Numbered from the stretch's first letter, positions 1-12,018 are shown. The stretch: DNA of 64,000 bases from Eledone cirrhosa (GCA_964016885.1 OZ024741.1:336536001-336600000), one strand, 5' to 3'. Translations and numbers: made by a program. Notes: generated by a model not told the origin, from the letters alone.

Positions 1-241
1 AGACTTGATATAAAATTATTGTATGAGTTTGATTAAGAAAGCAAACATAATTTTACAGTCTATAACTATCTTTAAATGAGTGGTGTTATTACATTACGCT
101 GCCACAAAATCTGAGGAGACCATGATTAATTCATATAACTTTTTTTTTTTTTTTTGCATGATTGTTAATTACAGAGGCCAAAAAAATAACAGAAGTCGAA
201 AAACAACAAAAACTCTTGTATTCATTTCAAAACTAGAATTC

Positions 242-585
242 ATAGTCATTATTTTACCATCATCATCATCATCATCATCATCATCATTATTATTGTCACT
301 ATAGTCATCATTGTTATTATCATCACTATCATCATCATTGTCATCATAATTGTCATCATGATCATGCTCATCGCCATCCTTATCATCATTATCATCATCA
401 TCATCACCATCATCACCATCACCATCATCATCATCACCATCATCACTATCATCATTGTCATCGTCATCATGCTCATCGCCATCCTTACCATCATCATCAT
501 CATTGTAATCATCATCATCATCACCACCACCATCACTATCTACATCATCAACATCATCGTCATTCCCATTGTAATAACCATCACT
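242..585. repeat. Degenerate (CAT)n microsatellite array
   Basis: Runs of catcatcat with cac/tat variants; source of the poly-Met/poly-Ile ORFs. Confidence 0.95.
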
Positions 586-1094
586 GTAGAAGATATACTA
601 AATTTTCTTAGATTCGTTATTGCTATAATGATAACGATTGGTTTGACATTACAGTCTTCCACGTGACTCTCATTCTTTAAAAAGCCTTTATTTAATTAGC
701 TAGATTGTTAATTTTCTAATTACGCTGAATTCTGTTCACACATATATGGATGCACACATGCACACACACAGACAGGCACACAGGTGCACACATATTTCTA
801 TATGAATACATCTATATACACATACATATATACATATATGTATGTGTGTATGTATATACATACACATATATATACATACACACATACATATATGTATATA
901 TGCATGCATACACACAGACATATACACATATATATATGTATACATACATAGATACATAGTAACAAATACATATATATATATATATAATGTATGTAAATAC
1001 CTAAATATGTGTGTTGAGATGAAAAAATTAGAACTTCATGTTTCTTAGAAATCATATACTAAACCCAATTGAAGGTAAAAAAATATGTATGTAC

Positions 1095-1136
<42 letters not shown>

Positions 1137-1763
1137 TGGTGGCTGCCAACTCGTTTTCGAGTACGGCCACTACTTTATATCCATGTAGGAGAATCCCTAC
1201 CGATGCGCTGAACGAGTGTGACTTTTTAGTCCAGCCAGCGACTTGAAAACTCTGGTACAAACACTACACTTGTGACAATTACTGACACATAGTGCTGGGC
1301 CCATGGTACCATGTGACGACAAGTACAGAGAGATCTCCAGATATAAAGCAATGCCTGTGCTGTGAAGCTTTTATAGTGAGCAAAGGCACTGCACAAAGCC
1401 AGTCCCACTCTCTTAACCAAGATGATATTTACCAAAAAGAAGAACAAGTCAACATCATTGGATACCATCAGGGTTGCAGGTGTTATATCAGAGTTTATCT
1501 TCTCCTAGAATTCTGCCTTGACAAAGGCTAAGGGGTTATCTCTCCCGGTGATTTTGGATGGCCATTGACTCTTAAGAGCTCCTTTGCTCTTTGACAGGTT
1601 TTGTTTTTAGTCCTGCAGGATGTCCAAATCATATATATATACACATATATATACAAAAGACCTGTTGACATACTGCTGACTCTCTTTTGATGTATGTATG
1701 TGTATATACATATGTGTATGTGTGTGTATATGTATATCTCAGTGGATGCGACCAGATTTCAAC

Positions 1764-2070
1764 ACAGCAACAACTACAACAACAACAGCAGCAACACCAA
1801 CAACAACAACAACAGCAACAACACCATCGTCTGTGTTGAATCTGTGTGTGTGTATGTATTTGTATATATGCGACAGCAATAACAGCATCAACACCATTGT
1901 CTGCAGCAACAGCAGCAGTGAAATGAACGACAACAACAACAGCAACAACAACTACAATAACAACTACAGCACCAACAACTGTCACCACCATCACTGACCA
2001 TCCACCACCACCACGCTGATACCATCCACCACCACCACACAGACACCATCCACCACCGCCATTACCAGCG
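1764..2070. repeat. (CAA)/(CAG)/(CAC) low-complexity trinucleotide region
   Basis: Repeated caacaacagcag and caccaccac runs. Confidence 0.85.
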
Positions 2071-2348
2071 TAAAGCAAACAATTATTATTGTTATTATTA
2101 TTATATACAAGCTGAACTAGACTGGGAAAGGTCAACAGTTGACATGATAGTGATTTTGACGATTTTGATTTTGATTTTGATTTTGTATCAGTACTGTCGG
2201 TAATATATGTATATATATATATGTTTGTGAGTGGTGTGTGTGATTGTATGCATGAATGAGTGTTGGTATGTGTGGTTGTGGTTTGTATGCATGAGTATTG
2301 GTGTGTGAGTCGTGTCAATAAGTTTTTTTTTTTTTTTTTTTTTTTTTA

Positions 2349-5300
2349 ATGACCATGCTGTAAAATGGAGGGGTAGAGAGGGCCCTTGAGTCTAGTAAGA
2401 CATCCTCTCTAGTGCTGGTGGCACAAATAAAAGCACCCAGTCCATGCTGTAAAGTGGCGCTGGTGTTAGGAAGGGCATCCAACCAGTGTATCAATGCCAA
2501 AAAGCTTATCAGCACAGCAACAAAACAGCATAGGAAAATATGAAGACGTCGCATCTCAGAGTTGCAACACTTAATGTTGGCACTCTCAGAGGTAGATCTG
2601 CTGAAATAGCGGAGATGCTGGAGAGAAGGCAGGTGGATGTGTGCTGCGTGCAAGAGGTGAGATGGAGAGGTGCCTCTGCGAGACTAGTCGTAGGCAAGCG
2701 TCTTAGCTATAAGCTATTCTGGGTAGGTAAGGATGATGGGTTAGGGGGAGTAGGCATTTTCTTGGCTGAGAAATGGATCAATAAGACAATAGAGGTAGTT
2801 CGAGTTAGTAATCGAATAATTAAGCTTAGATTAGTTGTAGGTAGGAGACTACTGACAATCATCTCGGTCTATGCTCCCCAAGCAGGCCTAGGCAAAGATG
2901 AGAAAGACTGCTTTTATGAGCAACTTTTGCAAACAACCACAATGACAGAGGACGGAGACATCGTTATGCTAGCAGGAGACTTCAATGGTCATGTTGGACA
3001 GCTCCAGGATGGTTACACTGGGGTACATGGTGGGCACGGTTACGGTTCAAGAAATGAAGAAGGAGTGAGACTTCTTGAATTTTGTGATGCGAGTACATTG
3101 ACTATTTGCAACACAAACTTCCAGAAACCTGCCAATCACCTAATAACCTACAAATCTGGTGAGCACATAAGCCAGATTGACTTCCTGCTAGTTAGGCAGC
3201 GGGACAGGCAGATAGTGTCTAATACCAAGGCATACTCTGGAGAAGAATGTACCCCACAGCATAGGTTAGTTGTTAGTGATATCTCAGTAAGCAAGAGATG
3301 GAAAGAGACATATAGGAAGGTGTGGAGAAGAAAGGTCTGGAAGCTAAAAGACCTTTCACTAAAATACAAATTTAGGAAAGCCCTTCAAGATGTATATGAC
3401 GAAAAAGAAGACGATTTAGAGACGTATGACATAGATAATAACTGGAAGTTCTTACGTGACAACTTGCTGCAGGCTACTGATGAAACCTGTGGTTGGAGCA
3501 GAGCTCCAACCAGACAGAGAGTGACCTGGTGGTGGAACAGCACAGTAGATAAGGCTATTAGAGACAAAAGACTAGCATGGAAGGCTTGGAAAAAGGGTGG
3601 GAGTAGGGAAGAATATACAGCCACTAAGAGAGAAGCTAGACGTCAGGTGTACTTAGCACGCAGGGAGGCAGAGAGTAGGAGGTTTGCCAATGTTCTGCGA
3701 CGGGAAGATCAGAGGCGTGCGGTGTTCCACATTGCAAGGCAGTGTGTCAATGCAAATCAGGATGTTGTTGGAGATAAATGTGTCCGGGATGATGCCGGTG
3801 TACTTAGTGTCACGAATGACCAGAAAAAGGAGGCCTGGAAATGTCATTATGAGAGACTGATGAATGTGGAGAACGAATGGGAGAGAGAGAAATTACCCTT
3901 GGTAGATCCGACAGAAGGACCAGCTATTGAGATTGACGAATATAGGGTCCAAGAGGCGATTAGGGAAATGAAAAATGGTAAGGCGGCCGGACCATCGGGA
4001 ATAGTTGCTGAGATGCTGAAGGCATCAGGGGACGTAGGCACTAAACTGGTTTCACGCATCATCAATCAGGCTATATATGGTGGTGTCATGCCCAAAGACT
4101 GGTGCAGCAGTATTCTCATAAATTGCTACAAAGGTAAAGGGGATGCTTTGGAGAGGAGCAATTATAGGGGTATAAAACTGATAGATCAGGTTATGAAAGT
4201 GGCAGAAAGGATTTTAGCACAACTAATTAGAGAAAGGGTCAAACTAGATGAGATGCAGTTTGGTTTTGTGCCTGGGAAGAGTACAACAGATGCCCTCTTC
4301 TTGGTGAGACAAATGCAAGAGAGGTTCTTAGAGAAGAATAAGCCACTATACTTAGCCTTTGTTGACCTAGAGAAGGCCTTTGATAGGGTACCCCGATCTG
4401 TCATCTGGTGGTCCCTAAGGAAGCTAGGTGTTGAGGAATGGCTTGTGAGGACAGTGCAAACTTTGTACAGAGGTTCTCTCAGTAAAGTCAGGGTAGGTAT
4501 GGAGTTTAGTGAGGAATTCCAGATACAAGTAGGGGTACATCAGGGTTCGGTCCTCAGCCCGCTCTTGTTCATTATAGTCCTCCAAGCCATAACAGAGGAG
4601 TTTAAGACTGGCTGTCCATGGGAACTTCTCTACGCTGACGATCTGGCTCTTATAGCAGAATCAGTAGAGGAGCTAGAGAATAAATTCCGGCTATGGAAAC
4701 AGCAGTTGGAAGCAAGAGGACTGAGAGTAAATCTAGCTAAGACAAAAGTGTTGATGAGTAGAAAAGAGGACAAAACCCTGATTCTGTCAGGGAAATGGCC
4801 ATGTTCGATATGCAGAAAAGGAACTGGCATAAATTCTATAAAATGCACACAATGCAGGTCCTGGGTACACAAGAGATGTAGCGGGATAGCAGGCAAACTA
4901 ACAGGTAGGGAGAAATATGTATGCAGTAGATGTACAGGGAAATTAGACAGTAGAAGTCGCACTGATAGACACATTTTTCAAATGCGAGAGGGCGCTATAG
5001 AAGTGATGGATAGCTTCCGGTACCTAGGAGATCAGATTAGCATGGGAGGATGGTGTTCCGAGGCCATAGTATCTAGAATAAGGACGGGTTGGAAGAAGTT
5101 TAGGGAGCTGCTTCCTCTGTTGACGAAGAAGGGTTTCTCCCTGCGTACGAAAGGCCGGTTGTATGATGCCTGTGTGAGGAGCGCGATGCTGCATGGTAGT
5201 GAGACATGGGCAGCAACCGCAGAGGATATGCGACGGCTGGAGAGAAATGAGGCAAGCATGCTCCGTTGGATGTGCAATGTAAATGTGCGTGAACGACCCA

Positions 5301-5631
5301 GCATAAATGTGTTGAGAGAGAAACTGTGTCTGAGAGGGATAGAATGTAGTGTACGGGAGAGGAGACTGAGGTGGTATGGACATGTGATGCGCATGGAGGA
5401 TGACCGATGGGTGAAGAAGTGCCAGGAAATGCCAGTTGAAGGAAGACGTGGTAGAGGTAGACCACGAAAAACATGGGCGGAGGTGGTGAGAACAGACCTC
5501 AGATCATTGAAGCTCACGGTGGAGATGACGAGGGACCGTGACGAGTGGAGAGATGCTGTGCTGAATAAGACCCGTCCCACCCTTGCAAGCAGGGAAAAGC
5601 GGACGTAAAATTATGATGATGATGATGATGA
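2349..5631 (+). mobile_element. Apparently full-length RTE-clade LINE (family A)
   Basis: About 190-bp 5' UTR after a poly-T tract, single APE-RT ORF, 3' end CCCACCCTTGCAAGCAGGGAAAAGCGGACGTAAAA followed by a (GAT)n tail into (TA)n. Confidence 0.95.
2540..5608 (+). CDS. RTE LINE ORF: APE endonuclease + reverse transcriptase with internal PHD-type zinc finger (1022 aa, uninterrupted)
   Basis: APE motifs [32 protein letters not shown]; RT motifs [40 protein letters not shown]; C-terminal RRLRWYGHV...RGRPRKTW typical of RTE. Confidence 0.97.
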   Translation: MKTSHLRVATLNVGTLRGRSAEIAEMLERRQVDVCCVQEVRWRGASARLVVGKRLSYKLFWVGKDDGLGGVGIFLAEKWINKTIEVVRVSNRIIKLRLVVGRRLLTIISVYAPQAGLGKDEKDCFYEQLLQTTTMTEDGDIVMLAGDFNGHVGQLQDGYTGVHGGHGYGSRNEEGVRLLEFCDASTLTICNTNFQKPANHLITYKSGEHISQIDFLLVRQRDRQIVSNTKAYSGEECTPQHRLVVSDISVSKRWKETYRKVWRRKVWKLKDLSLKYKFRKALQDVYDEKEDDLETYDIDNNWKFLRDNLLQATDETCGWSRAPTRQRVTWWWNSTVDKAIRDKRLAWKAWKKGGSREEYTATKREARRQVYLARREAESRRFANVLRREDQRRAVFHIARQCVNANQDVVGDKCVRDDAGVLSVTNDQKKEAWKCHYERLMNVENEWEREKLPLVDPTEGPAIEIDEYRVQEAIREMKNGKAAGPSGIVAEMLKASGDVGTKLVSRIINQAIYGGVMPKDWCSSILINCYKGKGDALERSNYRGIKLIDQVMKVAERILAQLIRERVKLDEMQFGFVPGKSTTDALFLVRQMQERFLEKNKPLYLAFVDLEKAFDRVPRSVIWWSLRKLGVEEWLVRTVQTLYRGSLSKVRVGMEFSEEFQIQVGVHQGSVLSPLLFIIVLQAITEEFKTGCPWELLYADDLALIAESVEELENKFRLWKQQLEARGLRVNLAKTKVLMSRKEDKTLILSGKWPCSICRKGTGINSIKCTQCRSWVHKRCSGIAGKLTGREKYVCSRCTGKLDSRSRTDRHIFQMREGAIEVMDSFRYLGDQISMGGWCSEAIVSRIRTGWKKFRELLPLLTKKGFSLRTKGRLYDACVRSAMLHGSETWAATAEDMRRLERNEASMLRWMCNVNVRERPSINVLREKLCLRGIECSVRERRLRWYGHVMRMEDDRWVKKCQEMPVEGRRGRGRPRKTWAEVVRTDLRSLKLTVEMTRDRDEWRDAVLNKTRPTLASREKRT

Positions 5632-5632
5632 T

Positions 5633-5666
<34 letters not shown>

Positions 5667-5674
5667 ACATATAC

Positions 5675-5727
<53 letters not shown>

Positions 5728-5855
5728 CATATTTATATATGTATGTGTGTATATATATATATATATATGCATATATATATACATATTTATATATGTATGT
5801 ATATATATATATAAATATATATATATACACATATATATATATGTATATATATATC

Positions 5856-6732
5856 ATCATCATAATTATCATCTTCGTTTAACGTCCATTTTCCACGCTA
5901 GCATGGGTTAGATGGGAGTTGTCCCAATTTGAATCAAGGTTGGTCGGGTGACCGTGTCTCGCTCATATAGGACTATCTGGCAGGTTTTCTACGGATGGAT
6001 GCCCTTCCTAACACCAACCACATTTACAGTGTCGAACTGGGAATTTTTTACCGTGTTACCTACACGCCCACATTACAGCGTGGACTGTGTCTTTTTTGTC
6101 GTGACACCTACAGAATCTCGATCTCATTATCTCATTTATTTGGACTGGATGTTGTGGTACCAACTTTACAGAGAGAGAGTGGTGTTGGTCGGAGTGGGAG
6201 GATAAGGTAGGGGTAGTGGATTGTGGTGTATATTTTTTGTTAAGAGGTGCCTACTGACTGTAGGTTTCGCTTTGTACATAGGCAAGGTGGGTCTTCTGTA
6301 TTACTGCGTAGCACCAAAGATCTCGGTCCAGTGACATTGTCTTAGAGAGGTACAAGTGTGTAAGGTAAGAATTTATTAGATCGTCCCAGGTTTCTCTGGG
6401 TCTACCTACTCCATAACTACCATCAATTTTGATCGCCCTGCACTTTTTTATACAGCTGTCATCTTTCATGCGCATCACGTGGCCATACCAACATAGTCTT
6501 CCCTCAAGTAAACAGCATCTGATCCTTCTTATTCTTAATTTCTCACTTCGTTCATTTATGCTTTGCCGTTCACGTATATTACTATTACGCATCCAATGGA
6601 GCATGCATGCTTTGTTCCTTTCCAGTCTGCGCAGGTCCTCTGCACGTAATGCCCATGTCTCACTGCCATGTAGCATTGCTGTTCGTATAAAAGCATCATA
6701 CAATCTGCCTTTCATTTTTAGAGAGAAACCTT
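5856..6732 (-). mobile_element. 5'-truncated RTE LINE (family B) with long 3' UTR
   Basis: ORF remnant [14 protein letters not shown]...MLHGSETW...GRPRETWD; 3' UTR ends GCTAGCGTGGAAAATGGACGTTAAACG+(GAT)n. Confidence 0.9.
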
Positions 6733-6779
6733 TTATATATATATACATATGTACATATATATATATATATGTATGTAGA

Positions 6780-7084
6780 TAAATCTACCAAAATATACAG
6801 TAGTGTCCAATCCGTATGAAGAACTCAATGTAATCCAAATATCATGAAAAGAGAAGATGTATTCAAAAATTTTTTCGATGAAAATCACAGGAAAATAGAG
6901 TCAAGATAAATTAATAAAAACAATGAATAAAAACAAAGAAACAGTTCCTTATATTAAAAAATTCATCATTTTACGATCGTTTCTAGGATATATATGTGTG
7001 TATATCATATAGATCTATGTAAAAATTTTACAAACTATCAGAGGGAATATACATACCTACACATATATATGCTCTCTTCAGAAA

Positions 7085-7086
<2 letters not shown>
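6780..7086 (-). mobile_element. Short PLE-like terminal fragment with degenerate hammerhead motif
   Basis: Minus strand ATTT-CTGAAGA...GAAAC-GATC-GTA-AAAT at 6968-7085; unique island between (TA)n runs. Confidence 0.55.
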
Positions 7087-7166
<80 letters not shown>

Positions 7167-7258
7167 CGATAAATTAATGGAGCCATAGGCCCTCGCCATT
7201 CCCTGTAAATAATGTGCTCAAAGGAGAAGAAGAGAAGTCCTGAGCTCATTAAAATACA

Positions 7259-7359
7259 TGAAAAGGTAACACACCAGAGAGAGATATTCAGTGCGCCATC
7301 AATAAAACAGTTTTATTGATGGCGCACTGTATATCTCTCTCTGGTGTGTTACCTTTTCA
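7259..7359. repeat. Foldback inverted repeat, 50-bp arms, 1-nt loop
   Basis: TGAAAAGGTAACACACC...AATAAAAC-A-GTTTTATT...GGTGTGTTACCTTTTCA, one mismatch. Confidence 0.92.
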
Positions 7360-7395
7360 ACATATTGTATTTTATATGTATATATATATATATAT

Positions 7396-7823
7396 AGTTA
7401 AAAGAATAGAGGTGTAACACACAAGTTATTATATATTGGTAAACGGAATAGAAAATGCTGACAAATTGTTCACAGTTGAAAAATGGTTTAATTAGGAATA
7501 AAAGAGTATTAGTGATTGTATGGGTTAGTATTCAGTTGTGGTTTTAAGTTTTTAAGTTTTTACCGGTTGCGCATTTCTAAATGCTTTTCAAAAATAATTT
7601 TGAGATAGAGTGTCCGTGCTGTTTGCTCTGATCAGAGCAAACAGCACGGACACTCTATCTCAAAATTATTTTTGAAAAGCATTTAGAAATGCGCAACCGG
7701 TAAAAACTTAAAAACTTAAAACCACAACTGAATACTAACCCATACAATCACTAATACTCTTTTATTCCTAATTAAACCATTTTTCAACTGTGAACAATTT
7801 GTCAGCATTTTCTATTCCGTTTA

Positions 7824-7832
<9 letters not shown>
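7396..7832. repeat. 402-bp spacerless palindrome (7431-7832) of a dispersed PLE-like terminal repeat
   Basis: Centre TGA|TCA at 7631/7632; a single diverged arm recurs at 61173-61375. Confidence 0.93.
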
Positions 7833-7879
<47 letters not shown>

Positions 7880-7920
7880 TATATGTATATATATATGTAT
7901 ATATATATATACATATATGT

Positions 7921-8249
7921 ATCATCATCATCATCATCATTTCATTTTACGTCCACTTTTCCCTGCTTGCAAGGGTGGGACAGGAACTGATTCTGGCTTG
8001 ATTTCTACAGCTGGATGCCCTTCCTAACACCAACCTCATTTACAGTGAGTGCTGGGTGCTTTTTTGCCGTGGCACCTCCACGAATGATAGGGATCCCAGT
8101 CCCTATAATCTCATTTCTACAGCTGAGTAAACTGGAGCAACGTGAAATAAAGTGTCTTGCTCAAGGAAACAACACATCACCCGGTCTGAGAATTGAATTC
8201 ACAACCTTTCGATTGCAAAGCCAATGCTCTAACCACTAAGCCATGTGCC
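7921..8249 (-). mobile_element. tRNA-derived SINE with CORE-like domain and bipartite RTE-derived tail
   Basis: Reverse complement of the 23242-23580 copy: tRNA A/B-box head, CCTTGAGCAAGACACTT core, RTE-A 3' end + (GAT)n. Confidence 0.88.
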
Positions 8250-8295
8250 AATGTATATATATATATGTATATATATATATGTATATATATACATA

Positions 8296-9089
8296 TCATC
8301 ATCATCATCTTCACCATCGTTTAACGTCTATCTTCCACACTAGCATGGGTTTAGACGGGAAGATAGTGTAGGAGTGTCTGGAAGGTTTTCTATGGCTGGA
8401 TGCCCTTCCTGACACCAACCACGTTTACAGTGTGGACTGGGAGATTTTTACCATGTTACCTACACGGCCACATTACAGCGTGGCTGTGAGATTTTTTTTG
8501 TTTTGACACCTACGTGACCTCATTTATTTAGGACTGGATGGTGTGGAACCAACATAACTTTACAGCGAAAGGGGTGGTGTAGATAGGGGTGGAGGTTGGG
8601 GTAGTGGGATGGGGGTGTATTTTGGTTAAGAGGTGCCTACTGCCTCCTGTAGGTTTCGCTTTGTACTTAGGCAAGGTGGGTCTTCTGTATTACTGCGTAG
8701 CGCCAAAGATTTCAGTCCAGTGACATTGACTTAGAGAGGTGCAAGTAAGGTTTATCAAATCGTCCCAGGTTTTTCTGGGTCTATCTACTCCGTAACTTCC
8801 ATCAATTTTGATCGCCCTGCACTTTTTTATACAGCTGTCGTCTTTCATGCGCATCACGTGACCATACTAACGTAGTCTTCTCTTGAGTAAACAGCATCTG
8901 ATCCCTCATATTCCTAATTTCTCACTTAGTTCATTTATGCTTTGCCGTTCACGTATATTACTATTAAGCATCCAATGGAGCATGCAAGCTTCACTCTTCT
9001 CCAGTCTGCATAGATCCTTTGCACACAATGCCCATGTCTCACTGCCATGTAGCATTGCTGAAGGTATGCAGGCATCATGCAGCCTGCCT
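8296..9089 (-). mobile_element. 5'-truncated RTE family B copy, degenerate
   Basis: Homologous to 5856-6732 across the ORF tail and 3' UTR. Confidence 0.88.
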
Positions 9090-9106
9090 TATATATATAT
9101 ATACGC

Positions 9107-9165
<59 letters not shown>

Positions 9166-9188
9166 GTATATATATAAATATATATATG

Positions 9189-9310
<122 letters not shown>

Positions 9311-9342
9311 TATATATGTATATATATGTATATATATATGTA

Positions 9343-9397
<55 letters not shown>

Positions 9398-9468
9398 ATA
9401 TATGTATATATATGTATATATATATGTATATATATATGTATATATATATATATATGTATATATATATG

Positions 9469-9516
<48 letters not shown>

Positions 9517-9921
9517 TAGGTATTTTTTCATACTTTTTTAATACAAACTACATTTAGACATATGAATTGTTACTAATTCTATATTTCTCTTCGACTACAA
9601 TAGCTAATTTACATTTTTTATTTTGTCCACATTCTTTTTTTTTTAAGTTTTATTTCTGGTAGGATTTTTTCGTTTTGTTAATTTATTATTATTATTATTA
9701 TTATTATTGAATGCCATGGTTGACGGAGGCTCGGCTCTGTAAGGTATAGTAATTTTTAACCGTTAAAACAATTGTAAATTGTTTAAAACTTGAACCAAAT
9801 TGTTGATAAAGACACCCTCCTCCTCGTGAGAGGGGTCTTTCTGTCCGTTATTTGGCCCTTCGGGGTTAAATAACCAGTTATTGGGGTTTTGTACCCAAAA
9901 TTTCATTTTAAACAAAAAAAC

Positions 9922-12018
9922 ATGGCTACGAAAAAGAAATTTCATACGTCACTCCCACTCATTCCGTCTTCTTCTTCCTCAATCATCACTACAGCAGAGA
10001 GAAGATTGTCTCTCTCCCTCCCTTCTTTAAATGTCTCTCTCTCCCTCCCTTCTCTTTCGCAAGCGACGAAAGAAAAGAAAAGTCTCGTGCAAAGCGTGCA
10101 AGGTTTCTCCACGACGACGACGACAGCGACGAAACAGGTGTGCGGGAAATACGAAAACCCAGTTCATTCGTCTGACGTCAGGAATAATAGCAGTAGCAGC
10201 CGTAATAACAACAGCAACAGTGACAATGAAAACAACAGTAGCAGCCGCAACAGCATCACCAGCAGCATAAACAACAACAGCATTAGCAGCAGCAACACCA
10301 ACAACAACCACAGCAACAGTGGCGGAGGCAGTAGTCGTAGTACCTGCAGCAACAACAAAAGTACCAGCAGCTCTGACGACAACAACAACAGCAGAGAAAA
10401 ACCAATCTCATTTGCAGGTATTGCGAAAAACTTGGAAACAATCCTCATAACAAATGAGGAATTAGAGGAAGCGAAGAAGATGGTGACAAAGAACGGACAC
10501 CGAGCAATCTGCAAGGCAGCGAAAAATTTTTTCGAAACCCAAGAGCACTGTACGGTCACGTACCGTACAGTAAGTACAAAATCCCGTAGGGTGGAAAGAG
10601 CCACAGAGGCCCAAATACAAAAAGCCTTGGGGTCTGTGTGGCAGAGGAAAACGCACATCACCCGAGGCAAAAAATACGCCACCGTAGACGTACTTTTTGC
10701 CACACCCCAGGAGGCAAAGGCCCAATCAGTAGTGACCCTAAGGAGCGAGGAAATGGTGTTGGTGCCCTCCTACTGCGGGCAAAAAATTGTGAGGGTCAAA
10801 CTGACCCACGTCCCCCCCGGAATGACCCCTTCTTGGCTGGCCGCGTCTGTCCTCGTCGGAATCGAGGACAAAACAACTGTACTGCAAGTACAGAAAAAAG
10901 TAAGAGAAGATTGGGTCGGCTCCTCCATTGAGATGCTAATCCAAACCAACCAGGAGTGCATCGAAGCTATCCCGGATGTGATAGACTTCGATAACGGCAC
11001 TCAACTGCCCATAAGTGTTGAGGGCAAACGCCCGAAATGCTTTCGCTGTGGATCGAAGACTCACCTCAGGGCCTTCTGCAACGAGAAGACCCTGAGAAAG
11101 GAGAAAACCCCCCTCCTTCCGAATCCGGCTCCACGGCTACCAGCAACAGGACAAGCGGCAACCAGGAACGATAGGTCCGTGGCACCCATACCCACTCCAC
11201 GGAAATCAAAGACAGCAGCAGCAGTGGAAATATTAACAACAACAACAGCAATACCAAATGCAGCTGCAACAGAGACTCCAGTGCAAACATCACCAACAAC
11301 AACAAGTGAAAGAGTGGAGCTGGTACCCCTCCCCGACCTTACAGAATCAGACATGGAGTGTGAGGTGGGAGAGGGATGGCAAAAGGTCGCAAGAAGGCAC
11401 AAACGCAGAAGCAGCGCATCGTCGCCTTTGAAAAGGGAGGAAAGAAATGAGAAAAGGGTAAAGTCTACTGCAAAGAGACCCACAGCAGCAACACCACCAA
11501 CACCATCACCACCCACACCAGCACCACCATCACCACCGGCGACAACCCCACCGCCAACAACACCTTCAACACCACCACCACAAGCACCAACATCGCAAAC
11601 ACAACAACAAAACACACACACCCAGCAACAACGACAAGAAAATAGCAGAACCACACCCCACCCCCAGAAAAACAAATGCACGGCAATAAACACACACAAC
11701 AAGAAACTAATGACTTACATAATTGAACACACAGACATTTCACAACAGGACTACATAATACCAGCACCAATCAAAACGCCAACTAACATAAGACTGCTAA
11801 AAATAGCACAGAAACAATACACAAACATTAAAACGAAATTCCCCAACGCAGTTGGTGATTTCAGGGACCTAGGAGGAACCATTAATCGAAGAGTATATTC
11901 AGACATTCTCTTAGAAGAGCCGACGACCAGCCGAAGGGACGATTCAACGGTCCCTTCACCAGACGATCAAGTGAAAAGGGATGTAAAAACCATCCCTCCT
12001 CTACCAAAAGTACGGTAA
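9922..12018 (+). CDS. Tx1-like ORF1, gag-like protein with CCHC zinc knuckle
   Basis: CFRCGSKTHLRAFC knuckle, SFA motif, Ser/Asn-rich and Pro/Thr-rich tracts, GWQKV-basic motif; first ATG at 9922 (the track starts at TTG 9889). Confidence 0.88.
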   Translation: MATKKKFHTSLPLIPSSSSSIITTAERRLSLSLPSLNVSLSLPSLSQATKEKKSLVQSVQGFSTTTTTATKQVCGKYENPVHSSDVRNNSSSSRNNNSNSDNENNSSSRNSITSSINNNSISSSNTNNNHSNSGGGSSRSTCSNNKSTSSSDDNNNSREKPISFAGIAKNLETILITNEELEEAKKMVTKNGHRAICKAAKNFFETQEHCTVTYRTVSTKSRRVERATEAQIQKALGSVWQRKTHITRGKKYATVDVLFATPQEAKAQSVVTLRSEEMVLVPSYCGQKIVRVKLTHVPPGMTPSWLAASVLVGIEDKTTVLQVQKKVREDWVGSSIEMLIQTNQECIEAIPDVIDFDNGTQLPISVEGKRPKCFRCGSKTHLRAFCNEKTLRKEKTPLLPNPAPRLPATGQAATRNDRSVAPIPTPRKSKTAAAVEILTTTTAIPNAAATETPVQTSPTTTSERVELVPLPDLTESDMECEVGEGWQKVARRHKRRSSASSPLKREERNEKRVKSTAKRPTAATPPTPSPPTPAPPSPPATTPPPTTPSTPPPQAPTSQTQQQNTHTQQQRQENSRTTPHPQKNKCTAINTHNKKLMTYIIEHTDISQQDYIIPAPIKTPTNIRLLKIAQKQYTNIKTKFPNAVGDFRDLGGTINRRVYSDILLEEPTTSRRDDSTVPSPDDQVKRDVKTIPPLPKVR

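Noticed and set aside
3148-5580. Antisense ORFs overlapping the LINE ORFs (also 12104-15524)
   Set aside because: Shadow frames of long coding sequence with no independent motifs.
9808-9874. CTCCTCGT loop suggesting an HDV-like ribozyme
   Set aside because: It folds as a simple hairpin; no P1/P2 double pseudoknot or catalytic J4/2 could be built by eye.
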